A stretch of DNA of 64,000 nucleotides from a virus. The translations under genes were made by a program, and so were the position numbers. Shown piece after piece: positions 27,849 through 36,075 of the stretch (position 1 is its first letter; every line of letters begins with the position of its first letter). The DNA lies in the IMG/VR virus record IMGVR_UViG_3300045988_144650; one strand, 5' to 3'. The notes below the pieces were generated by a model. The model saw only the letters and a program-made list of their open reading frames with translations. It was not told where the DNA came from and searched no databases.

Positions 27849-28443
27849 TTACTCGTGGAAGTGGAACATAACCTCTTCCATTTTGCCAGGTCTTAAGGCC
27901 GAAACATAAATCTTATCGAAAGCCCATGTTCCAACCTCGGGATCGTCTCCCCGGTAATCGCCACCGCCCTGACCGTTGCCGATACTGGTGAGCAGAGGCA
28001 GAGGATTGATACACCAACCCTCTTTGTCTTTGTTTTCTGCCACATACTTTTCCATGTCGATGTAGCAATTTCTTGTGATGTTCACAATGAAGCAATCCGC
28101 CTCATCATTGGAAAGCTTGTACTGCGGCAGCTTTCTGTCAATCGGCGTGATAACCTCTTTTCCATCACTCCAGAGAGTATTGTAGAGCCGCATGAAATCC
28201 TTGCGGTCTGTGATAAAAGCATCGCTGAAGCAACACTCATCATCAACTACGCTGTCAGCATAATCGCCGACCCACGCCAGTCGCTGAGGAGTGCCGTCAA
28301 GGTTCTGAAGAACTGCGTTAACAAAATCATTTCCAACCCAAGAATGTTCCATGAGCTTCAGACCGTTGCCGTAATCGTGAGAATAGGCAGTCTGTTTGGT
28401 CCCGTCATCTGCAATCAAGAGTGGCTTGTAATACTGACCCATA
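27849..28443 (-). CDS. Hypothetical protein with a Gly-rich GNGQGGGDY motif.
   Basis: The real start is probably ATG at 28443 after GAGGAAGAAAGG. The track start at 28532 lies inside tRNA-Leu. Confidence 0.45.
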
Positions 28444-28482
28444 GTGAAACCTACCTTTCTTCCTCGCTTTTGAAAATCGTAA

Positions 28483-28569
28483 TGGTACGGATAGTGGGAC
28501 TTGAACCCACACATCATTGCTGACATTAGCACCTGAAGCTAACGCGTCTGCCAATTCCGCCATATCCGC
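28483..28569 (-). tRNA. tRNA-Leu (anticodon CAG), type II, CCA encoded.
   Basis: Manual fold: acceptor GCGGATA, anticodon loop TTCAGGT, long variable arm, T-arm GTGGG-TTCAAGT-CCCAC, 3' ACCA. Confidence 0.7.
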
Positions 28570-28742
28570 ATATTTCTTTGGTCGGCTTCCCGCTTAGATT
28601 GTCACATCGTCTACTTGGGAGTAAAGGTCTCGTTCGCAAACAACCGTGTATACCCGATTGCTCCGCAGTTTTCAGCGGACATTTTCATTCTCTGTGTGGT
28701 AAGCCGATAATCGCACACATCATCTGGGAGCTACCCAGCCAC

Positions 28743-28833
28743 TGGCGGAGCAGATAGGACTTGAACCTACACACCCTTTCGGGCTACTCACGGTTTAGCA
28801 AACCGCTGCCTTACCAATTAGGCTTACTGCTCC
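28743..28833 (-). tRNA. tRNA-Ser (anticodon GCU), type II.
   Basis: Acceptor GGAGCAG, anticodon loop TTGCTAA, long variable arm, T-loop TTCAAGT, 3' GCCA. Confidence 0.7.
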
Positions 28834-28837
28834 ATAT

Positions 28838-28913
28838 TGGAGCTGGTGGACGGATTCGAACCCCCGACCTACTGATTACAAATCAGTTGCTCTACCGACT
28901 GAGCTACACCAGC
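28838..28913 (-). tRNA. tRNA-Thr (anticodon UGU).
   Basis: Canonical D-arm AGCTCAGTCGGTAGAGC, anticodon loop TTTGTAA, T-arm GGGGG-TTCGAAT-CCGTC, 3' TCCA. Confidence 0.8.
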
Positions 28914-29527
28914 ATCTCTTTATAGGGTTTTTCGCGCTTCTGCAGATTTCCACGCCTTGTCCTTACCGTCTATCCCTATTGCCACATGGGATCACAGACC
29001 CTAAACACTTCTGCTCTATGCCGGTTGTGTTCTGATACCGGAAAACATTCTGGGGACTTTATTTCACCTTGTTGCTCCAGCCCTCAAGGGTAACTCGGCA
29101 AGTGGCTTGCCTATTTGGATTTTGGTGCCATCATCTCAGCCATACACTCCGGCCTAAACCTAAGTTTGCCAGAACCTCACCGATTGCTCCTATGTATGCC
29201 GTCCTCGCCTCTGACTGAAATGATGTGCCGACACCTTCCATACCGTCTCACTTGCAAAATAAAACAAACTACGAACGGGGTGTGGTAAGCACATACCACC
29301 CAAACCTCTGCTTAGTCCCGCCGGTTCTGGTTTACGACATGGTTTGGTGCTCATGCCCTTGAGCTATTAGGCTATTTAACTATCTCTCACCGGCTTGATT
29401 TGCTTTTGTTAAGACGGTGCCAGAGCACGCTGCTCATATCCCGTTATCTTCCGCCCATCGTAGTCGATGACCCAGCCACTATATATCATTTCAAGTGGGC
29501 TTTTCCCATACCGTCTAAAGCGTATGG

Positions 29528-29637
29528 CTGGTGGAGAGGGATGGATTCGAACCACCGAAGCTTAATTGACCACACGGCGCCACAAGTCAAAAAGCGGAGA
29601 TTTACAGTCCCCGACTTTGGCCACTTGTCTACCTCTC
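29528..29637 (-). tRNA. tRNA-Tyr-like (anticodon GUA), atypically long at 110 nt with a ~39-nt variable arm.
   Basis: Acceptor GGAGAGG/CCTCTCC, anticodon stem-loop GGGGA-CTGTAAA-TCTCC, T-arm GGTGG-TTCGAAT-CCATC, 3' ACCA. The variable region GCTTTTTGACTTGTGGCGCCGTGTGGTCAATTAAGCTTC forms an extended hairpin. Confidence 0.55.
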
Positions 29638-29655
29638 CATATTGGTAAACTGGTC

Positions 29656-30468
29656 TTATTCCCAGTTTGTCGTAACACGACCATCTGGATGAATAATAAT
29701 ATTGGAATACCCATCCTGATAATCATTATGTTGCTGTTGCCACATATCTCCGAGTGTTACCCTGGCGTGCTTGCCAGCATAATCAAAAGTTGCATACACA
29801 AAGAAGTCGCCAATACGAAATGTGTGAAGATCAACTTCGTGATCGTTTTGTAATTCATTCCAAATATCTACCGAGTAGTCTTTTCGTTCAAGGCCACTAA
29901 GAAACCGAAAAGAAAAGGCATCTGCATCCATCTTCATGTAATCTTTAATGAATGCCAATGTTGGGGTTTCAACCACTGTTTGGACTGTACACCCAGGAAA
30001 CTTACTTGGATTTGGATGAATAAACTCGTTACAGGACAGATTGATATGTGCCAAACCATTTAATTCTGTGCTGAAACCAGAAGTATTTATTGAGCAAAAG
30101 ACACCGTTGCTGTAACTCTGATATGTTTCAACGATTTTTGCAATGTGTTTTGGATATAGACCGGGTTCTCCGCCAGTGATAGTAAGCCTTCCATTCGGAT
30201 GTTCTTTTAACACACGCTTTAGCGCCTCAACCTGGAGCGGAAAATTATTGTTGCCGGACATTGGGTGCTGCCTTTCCAAGCAAAACGGACAGCTAAACGG
30301 ACATTCCTGTGTGGTAATCAGTTGGATATTGATTCGATAGTAAAGAGGCCGACCAAGTGATGTTTTGATTAACCTGTCTCTTAGCCTATATTGCAGATCA
30401 TTATTCATTTCATTCCTTATTTCGTCGTAAGAACCAATGAACGGAATGAAGTTCAACTTGCTACTCAT
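29656..30468 (-). CDS. Radical SAM enzyme, second copy, small.
   Basis: CPFSCPFC is a Cx3Cx2C cluster. ITGGEPGLYP SAM-binding motif present. Confidence 0.7.
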   Translation of the reverse strand: MSSKLNFIPFIGSYDEIRNEMNNDLQYRLRDRLIKTSLGRPLYYRINIQLITTQECPFSCPFCLERQHPMSGNNNFPLQVEALKRVLKEHPNGRLTITGGEPGLYPKHIAKIVETYQSYSNGVFCSINTSGFSTELNGLAHINLSCNEFIHPNPSKFPGCTVQTVVETPTLAFIKDYMKMDADAFSFRFLSGLERKDYSVDIWNELQNDHEVDLHTFRIGDFFVYATFDYAGKHARVTLGDMWQQQHNDYQDGYSNIIIHPDGRVTTNWE

Positions 30469-30493
30469 CTAAATCAACCTCCTTTGCTGTTAG

Positions 30494-30569
30494 TGGTGGA
30501 GATGGTCGGGATCGAACCGGCGACCTCCTGCTTGCAAGGCAGGCGCTCTCCCAACTGAGCTACATCCCC
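30494..30569 (-). tRNA. tRNA-Ala (anticodon UGC).
   Basis: GGGGATGTAGCTCAGTTGGGAGAGC..., G3:U70 pair, anticodon loop CTTGCAA, T-arm with TTCGATC, 3' ACCA. Confidence 0.8.
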
Positions 30570-30683
30570 GTATGAAATGATTGTTTTATACACTGTAGAT
30601 ATATTGCAAACCATGCAGTAAAGCCCTTGATTCTGGGCTTTACTGACATAGTTAAAACGAAAGATTTTTGGTTTTCCTGCAGT

Positions 30684-31193
30684 TCAGCGCTTGGACACCC
30701 GCTTATCCTGCACCAGACGCTTGAACTTTGTGCCACTTGCTTCGATGTATTCGTCGATCAATTTGCTCTGACTTTTGGTTTCAGCATAAGCCGTAATAGT
30801 AAGAGTTTTTCGCTCCCAATCCATTGTGTAGCTATCACTCGCCACATTGGTAATCTTGTTCTCTGCCAAGAAATCTCGGAGCTTCATCATTTCCTCTTTA
30901 TCATCTGACATGATGACATTCACATAGGTTTTCTCTTTGGAAAACTTATTGTTGAACGCAACTGCCAAACAGCACCCTACGCCGCTTGCAATGGAGACCA
31001 CTACAAGAGCGAGGGTGCTGTCGGTAGTTACGATATCTTTCGTGATGCTAAGGTAGATGAAGTTTGACAATCCAAGAGCTAAACCGGCGAGAACACATCG
31101 GTTTCTTTGAACCAAAATGGTCTTTGCTGTCCCCAGTGCATTATCGAAAACTTTTGCGACGAACAGCGCCGCCAGATATAACCATGATGTCAT
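30684..31193 (-). CDS. UPF0316/DUF2179 (YebE-like) membrane protein.
   Basis: Three N-terminal transmembrane segments with TILVQRNRCVLAG (compare B. subtilis YebE TILLVKNQTRSAAG), followed by a C-terminal soluble domain. Confidence 0.5.
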   Translation of the reverse strand: MTSWLYLAALFVAKVFDNALGTAKTILVQRNRCVLAGLALGLSNFIYLSITKDIVTTDSTLALVVVSIASGVGCCLAVAFNNKFSKEKTYVNVIMSDDKEEMMKLRDFLAENKITNVASDSYTMDWERKTLTITAYAETKSQSKLIDEYIEASGTKFKRLVQDKRVSKR

Positions 31194-31226
31194 TCTCTCA
31201 TCTCCTCTTCATCAAACTATGTATGC

Positions 31227-32720
31227 TTAGTGCTTGTCAGCAATCGCGCCGCCCAGCATACCGGACAGCACGGCCATCAGATCCAGGCCGGTTGCATCCT
31301 TGAAACCATCCTGAACCTGCTTCATGCCGGTGGTAACGGCGCCGGTCAGAGTGGAAGTACCACCCTCGTAGATGGTCATGTTGTCGATACCCTCCATAGG
31401 CTTAGCAACGGCAGCGGCAATCTCAGGCATGGTCTTGACATACTCCATTGCCACATCCAGAACCATCTGCTGCTTAGCAGCGTCGCCGTATTCCTTCATA
31501 GCTTCTGCCTTCTTCAGAATGCCTGCAGCCTCAGCCTCTGCCTTAGCCTGAATGGCCTCGGCTTCAGCACGACCCTTGGCAGCGATACCGGCAGCTTCGT
31601 TTTCCATTGCCACACGAGCAGCTTCGGAACGAGCCTTTTCAGCAGCAGCTCTCTGCTCTGCCTCAAACAGCTCTGCAGCAGCCTGCTTCTGACGCTCGAA
31701 CAGCTCAGCCTCAGAAGACTTCTGAACCTCATACAGCTTTGCATCAGCTTCCTGCTGTGCAGCGTACTTATCGGCCTCAGCCTTCTTCTTGATCTCTGCA
31801 TCCAAAGAACGCTCACGGATAGCAACCTCGCGCTCCTTCAGTTCGATTTCCTTTTCCAGACGAGCCAGGTTGGCTTCGGCTGTCTTGGTTTCGATGGATG
31901 CACGCTGCTCCTGCTCCTGAATTGCATAGGCAGCATCTGCTTCTGCTCGCTTGGCGTCCTCAATCTTCTTCAGCTCAGCCATCTGAATGGCAAGCTCGTT
32001 CTGACGCTTAGCAATCTCCTGATCGGACTTAACCTGAGCCTCGTTGGCAGCCATAGCAGCCTGAGCCTGAGCAATAGCAATCTCCTTCTCTGCCTGAGCC
32101 TTGGAAATTGCGGCGTCCTTGGAAATCTGAACAGTGTTCTCCAGACCGAGGTTGTCGATCACGCCGTTGCGATCCTTGAAGTTCTGAATGTTAAAGGTAG
32201 TCAGCTCCAGACCCATATCGTTCAGGTTGGGAGTAACATTCTCAATGATACGCTCGGCAAAAATCTTCTTGTCACCCTGGATCAGTTCCTTCAGAGTGGT
32301 CTGAGAAATAATCTCACGAATATTACCCTCCAGAACAGGAGTAATGATTTCGCGAATCTGATTGGGATTATAGCCAAGGAATTTAGAGGCTGCGACCTTC
32401 AGCATATCAGGATCTTTAGCGATGGACACATTGGCTACTGCGTCAACCATAATGTTGATAGCATCCTTGGTGGGGATCTCATCGCGAGAAGTGAAGTCAG
32501 ACTGAATGTTTTCCAGAGACATATAGTCGACACGCTGGATGATAGGAATAACCAGTGCGCCCTGACCGATAATTGTTCTTGCACCACGGGGGCCGGTGAT
32601 GACCATTGCCACATTGGGAGGTGCTTTCTTATACATAACCTTGCCAATGAAGATCAGAAGAATGATTGCGACAAGGATGCCGACACCGGCGGTTGCGTAA
32701 GGCAAAATCATTTCGAGCAT
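31227..32720 (-). CDS. Flotillin-like SPFH-domain protein (FloT/YuaG-like).
   Basis: N-terminal transmembrane anchor, an SPFH region, then a long Ala/Glu/Gln/Lys-rich coiled coil (EA repeats) and a C-terminal flotillin tail. Confidence 0.75.
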   Translation of the reverse strand: MLEMILPYATAGVGILVAIILLIFIGKVMYKKAPPNVAMVITGPRGARTIIGQGALVIPIIQRVDYMSLENIQSDFTSRDEIPTKDAINIMVDAVANVSIAKDPDMLKVAASKFLGYNPNQIREIITPVLEGNIREIISQTTLKELIQGDKKIFAERIIENVTPNLNDMGLELTTFNIQNFKDRNGVIDNLGLENTVQISKDAAISKAQAEKEIAIAQAQAAMAANEAQVKSDQEIAKRQNELAIQMAELKKIEDAKRAEADAAYAIQEQEQRASIETKTAEANLARLEKEIELKEREVAIRERSLDAEIKKKAEADKYAAQQEADAKLYEVQKSSEAELFERQKQAAAELFEAEQRAAAEKARSEAARVAMENEAAGIAAKGRAEAEAIQAKAEAEAAGILKKAEAMKEYGDAAKQQMVLDVAMEYVKTMPEIAAAVAKPMEGIDNMTIYEGGTSTLTGAVTTGMKQVQDGFKDATGLDLMAVLSGMLGGAIADKH

Positions 32721-32763
32721 TAAGTTTTCTCCTTTATATTCTTGTGATTGGTGACTACGGATT

Positions 32764-33177
32764 TCACTTCTTTACTACCACATCGTTCTCACCCCTTCCA
32801 AGTACGCGAGGGTAATAGACCCTGTTCTCCATCTTCTCTTCGGCTTTTCTCGTTTTGCCGAGAACCTCTTTGAGAAGATTGACTAACTGCCGACCCTTGT
32901 CTGTATTTAGATACTGAACCAATGGTTCAAGAATCATCGTGGTGTCCTTATGTTCGCGCCGCTCCTGCCGGCACTTTGCAAGTTGCGTTGCGATTTTTGC
33001 TCGCTCCTCGTATTTCAATCCGTCAAGTTCCAGGCTGTGCAGATAATCCTGTGTGAGCTTGTCCATCTCAACGATCTTATCGCTATTCCATTGGTAGTCC
33101 TTGATGGCTTCATCAAACATTCTGCAGACGCTGCTGATGTTTTCGGAGAATGATGGGTTTTGCTTCTGCTTTTTCAT
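32764..33177 (-). CDS. Hypothetical protein.
   Basis: 137-aa basic ORF. Confidence 0.4.
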   Translation of the reverse strand: MKKQKQNPSFSENISSVCRMFDEAIKDYQWNSDKIVEMDKLTQDYLHSLELDGLKYEERAKIATQLAKCRQERREHKDTTMILEPLVQYLNTDKGRQLVNLLKEVLGKTRKAEEKMENRVYYPRVLGRGENDVVVKK

Positions 33178-33179
33178 AC

Positions 33180-33863
33180 CTACACACCTCCGAGCGGGAG
33201 AACCCTACGATAAAGAGCTGTGTGTCTATCATCAATGTCTAAGTCGACATGATAGTGACCAAAATACCAATGCTTAAACCTGCAATTTTCCTCTACAAAC
33301 TGCAGAAAACTGGTGACCGCGTCGTTCTCATACCAACTTGCAATTTTGGCCTGTATGCTTTTGGATGCACAATGCGTAACTATGTAATCAACACACCAGT
33401 TGTGCTTTTCGAGCGTTTCAACAGCGTGTTCGAACTCTGCTTTGCTCGGGATTTCTTCTTCCCACCAAGATATATTTGGCTTTCTCAAATGCTTGTCATG
33501 AGATGATGCCCCGCCCATGCAGAACACCTTAGCTCCATCAATTTCAAACACCTCGCCACGCATCAAATGAAACAAGCTTGGCTGAATTTGGTGAACTGAC
33601 CCGCCATACTGATTTACAATGGGGAACTCTGCGAGCATTCGGTGGTTTTCATGGTTGCCATCCACAAAAAGAGTGGTGAATGATTTTTCTTCGTACCACT
33701 TCTGCCAGTATCGGTCACATTTCGATCCGTCCCAAACACAACCAAAATCCCCGCATACAATTAGGGAATCGTTTTTGCTCATGGACTTTTGTTGAGGGAA
33801 GTTTCTCATTGCAAGCTTATGAATGTCGATATCTCCATGAGTATCGCCAGTGATATAAACCAT
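33180..33863 (-). CDS. Calcineurin-like metallophosphoesterase.
   Basis: MVYITGDTHGD...GDF...GNHE...GHYH motifs. Confidence 0.7.
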   Translation of the reverse strand: MVYITGDTHGDIDIHKLAMRNFPQQKSMSKNDSLIVCGDFGCVWDGSKCDRYWQKWYEEKSFTTLFVDGNHENHRMLAEFPIVNQYGGSVHQIQPSLFHLMRGEVFEIDGAKVFCMGGASSHDKHLRKPNISWWEEEIPSKAEFEHAVETLEKHNWCVDYIVTHCASKSIQAKIASWYENDAVTSFLQFVEENCRFKHWYFGHYHVDLDIDDRHTALYRRVLPLGGV

Positions 33864-33889
33864 CCGTTCACCCCTTTCCTTTTCGTTTC

Positions 33890-34218
33890 ATCTGTAATCT
33901 ACAAGTACACCCGTCTTCTTGAGGAAGCTCTGGAGGGACTCCTCGTCGAGAGCTGAGGCTTCGTGAAGCGTGAGTTCGGGATTTCGCATCGGGTCGGTGA
34001 GCGAGAAAACCCTTGTAGTTACAGGGGTTTTCGAGTGTTTCCGAGTGAGGAAAATTTATTTATTTCCTGACCCTGCGAGCAGTGTCATCTCTTGCGCCGG
34101 GCGAATTCGCTGGAGGCGCCTGCCGCAGCGGCGTGCCCCTGGTATTTCCCCCCGGCCATTCGTAACTCCGATTTACAATACGGAGCATTAACTGAAACAG
34201 TTAATAATGCATTACAGA
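33890..34218 (-). ncRNA. Family-1 structured element, long copy B (about 329 nt, retron-ncRNA-like architecture).
   Basis: Minus-strand a1 ATCTGTAAT immediately followed by G, then the conserved CATTA-SL1-TGC-SL2(CTCCG-TATTGTAAAT-CGGAG)-TTACGAATGG module, a variable GC-rich ~230-nt body, and a2 ATTACAGAT 27 nt upstream of the next gene start. Confidence 0.45.
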
Positions 34219-34233
34219 TGATATTTTCTGGAT

Positions 34234-34788
34234 TTATCTCCAGTGAATTAGATACAAACTGTATTCCTCAGACTCAAGATCCTCGGCGAGTCTGAAGCCG
34301 ATTGCTTCATACTGTGCCCAAATCGCAGACCAGTCGATATAGTCCGTGATTTCGTCTTTGCTGATAAAGTCGAGGATTTCCTTGGTGATACCTGTGTCGA
34401 AAGGAACGCCAAGTTCGGTAGCTATGTAACAGGCGGCGAGTTCTTCGTTACCCATTTTCCAAGTGACCTCGGAAAGATCTTCAAACATGAAGTCATTTTC
34501 TTTGATGCGGCGGACAAATTCTTCGTCTTCAAGTTCTCCATCAACGGCATCCATAATCAGCGCAAGAAGTTCAGCCGTCATACCGGGATTCTCGCTGTTG
34601 ATGTCGTCAATAACTTCATTCAACTCCCAAACATCCATCGTTTGGATACCGGGAATAGACGGCGTACTGTCGATGATGACATACTCGTTTTGGCGATTCA
34701 GTTCAGAGCGAATATTAGATGGGATCGTGACAGTCTTATCCGCGCAACCGTCATCCCAGTCCTGCAGTTCAAGTTCCAGTTTAATCAT
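34234..34788 (-). CDS. Hypothetical acidic protein.
   Basis: 184-aa ORF preceded by AGGTGATGG. Confidence 0.45.
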   Translation of the reverse strand: MIKLELELQDWDDGCADKTVTIPSNIRSELNRQNEYVIIDSTPSIPGIQTMDVWELNEVIDDINSENPGMTAELLALIMDAVDGELEDEEFVRRIKENDFMFEDLSEVTWKMGNEELAACYIATELGVPFDTGITKEILDFISKDEITDYIDWSAIWAQYEAIGFRLAEDLESEEYSLYLIHWR

Positions 34789-34820
34789 TTGCCATCACCT
34801 CTTATTGTTTTGTTTGGTTT

Positions 34821-35157
34821 CTTTGTAATCATTACATATATATCCTGATTCCCTTCAGTGCGATCATCGATGGGATGCCAATCCCAGTTCTGTCGTCATC
34901 TGATGTGATTTGGACTTCTTGCAGTTGGGAAACCACCTAATTCCGAGGTCTTAGTTGGTGTTTTGCACGGAATTATTTATTTAGTCTTGGTTCAACCGCC
35001 GGAGACTGGGTGCCTCTTGAGGTGTTAACGCGTTGACGGCCGGCGGAGCTGCGGGCGTCACCAGTGGTGGGCTATGTGTTTCCTCCCGACCATTCGTTAC
35101 TTTGATTGACAATACAAAGTGCTACTTGCCAAAGACAAACAGCTATGCATTACAAAG
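34821..35157 (-). ncRNA. Family-1 structured element, long copy C (about 337 nt).
   Basis: a1 CTTTGTAAT-G and a2 ATTACAAAG carry compensatory changes relative to copies A and B. SL2 is CTTTG-TATTGTCAAT-CAAAG. The conserved TAACGAATGG block is present. Confidence 0.45.
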
Positions 35158-35166
35158 AAATTTGGT

Positions 35167-35361
35167 TTAGAATATTGCTTGTTCGTACTGTGCTTGGGTT
35201 ATTTCGCCGTTCTTGCAAAGAGCGTCAATCCAGCACGACCACTCAAACTGAACCTTACAGTAGTCGTCCTGACGCGCTCTCAGGTAGGCTTTATAGTCAC
35301 CGCCGAACGCTTCGTCGATGAATCTTCTTCTCAGGGTTTTTCGTCTTTGGCGTCTATACAT
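35167..35361 (-). CDS. Small basic protein.
   Basis: 64-aa ORF (MYRRQRRKTLRRR...). Coding status is uncertain. Confidence 0.3.
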   Translation of the reverse strand: MYRRQRRKTLRRRFIDEAFGGDYKAYLRARQDDYCKVQFEWSCWIDALCKNGEITQAQYEQAIF

Positions 35362-36050
35362 TATCCGTTGTCAACCTCCTCGGCAAAGAAAGTTTCGTTC
35401 ATATATGCCAGAACACGGTCGGCATATCCACTCGTGCCCGGGCTACCAGTGTTATAGCAGGTAAGGGCAGACTCGACTGACCCGTACTTTTCTATCAATT
35501 CGGCAAGCAAATCGCATCCGACTCTGAAGTTTGAAAGAGGATCGGAAAGGTCTGTCACACCAAGCCGCTCCATTCTTTCCTGGTGCCAACGAGGCTGAAC
35601 CTGCATATACCCGATGCTGTTTCCATTGTCGCCATTTACATTCCTGTATGTGGACTCACGGAAAATAACCGCCAAAGCAAGCTCATAAGGGCAGCCTGTT
35701 TCTTCACAAGCTGCCCATACAAGTTCCTGCAATTCATATTCAAGGGAAATATTTTCGTAGTATCGAAATGTCTCTTCCGGTTCCGGTTCTGGGGTGGGCT
35801 CTGAAACTAACATGGTTTCGCGTGGAATATACACCGGTGGAACAACCATCGGTTCAAGTTTTAATGGAATAGTTTCGTATGTATCGCTGATAGCAGGAGT
35901 TGGGATTTCCGGCTCAGCATCTGCAGCCGGATTTGAAAGGCCACATAAAACCACGGTTACGAATGCCAGAAAAAGCAGCATTGCGATGATATGCGGAAAC
36001 CGTCTGTGAGAACGGCGCCGTCTTCGTCTTTTCTGATACAAGGGTAACAC
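35361..36050 (-). CDS. Lytic transglycosylase (SLT domain) with an N-terminal membrane anchor.
   Basis: ELALAVIFRESTYR...GYMQV matches the catalytic E-S and GLMQ-like motifs of the SLT domain. A hydrophobic helix lies near the N-terminus. Confidence 0.75.
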   Translation of the reverse strand: MLPLYQKRRRRRRSHRRFPHIIAMLLFLAFVTVVLCGLSNPAADAEPEIPTPAISDTYETIPLKLEPMVVPPVYIPRETMLVSEPTPEPEPEETFRYYENISLEYELQELVWAACEETGCPYELALAVIFRESTYRNVNGDNGNSIGYMQVQPRWHQERMERLGVTDLSDPLSNFRVGCDLLAELIEKYGSVESALTCYNTGSPGTSGYADRVLAYMNETFFAEEVDNG

Positions 36051-36075
36051 TCCTCTCTTGTGACCGATGCTGAAA

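Noticed and set aside
28914-29527. Group I intron or split tRNA in the 614-nt gap of the tRNA cluster.
   Set aside because: I found no tRNA half-molecules or T-loop motifs flanking the gap, and all neighbouring tRNAs are intact. It is kept only as an unclassified structured gap.
31230-32723. 497-aa plus-strand ORF exactly antisense to the flotillin gene.
   Set aside because: It is a mirror of the EA-rich coiled-coil coding repeats (Leu/Ser-rich nonsense translation). The flotillin frame carries the recognisable domain.
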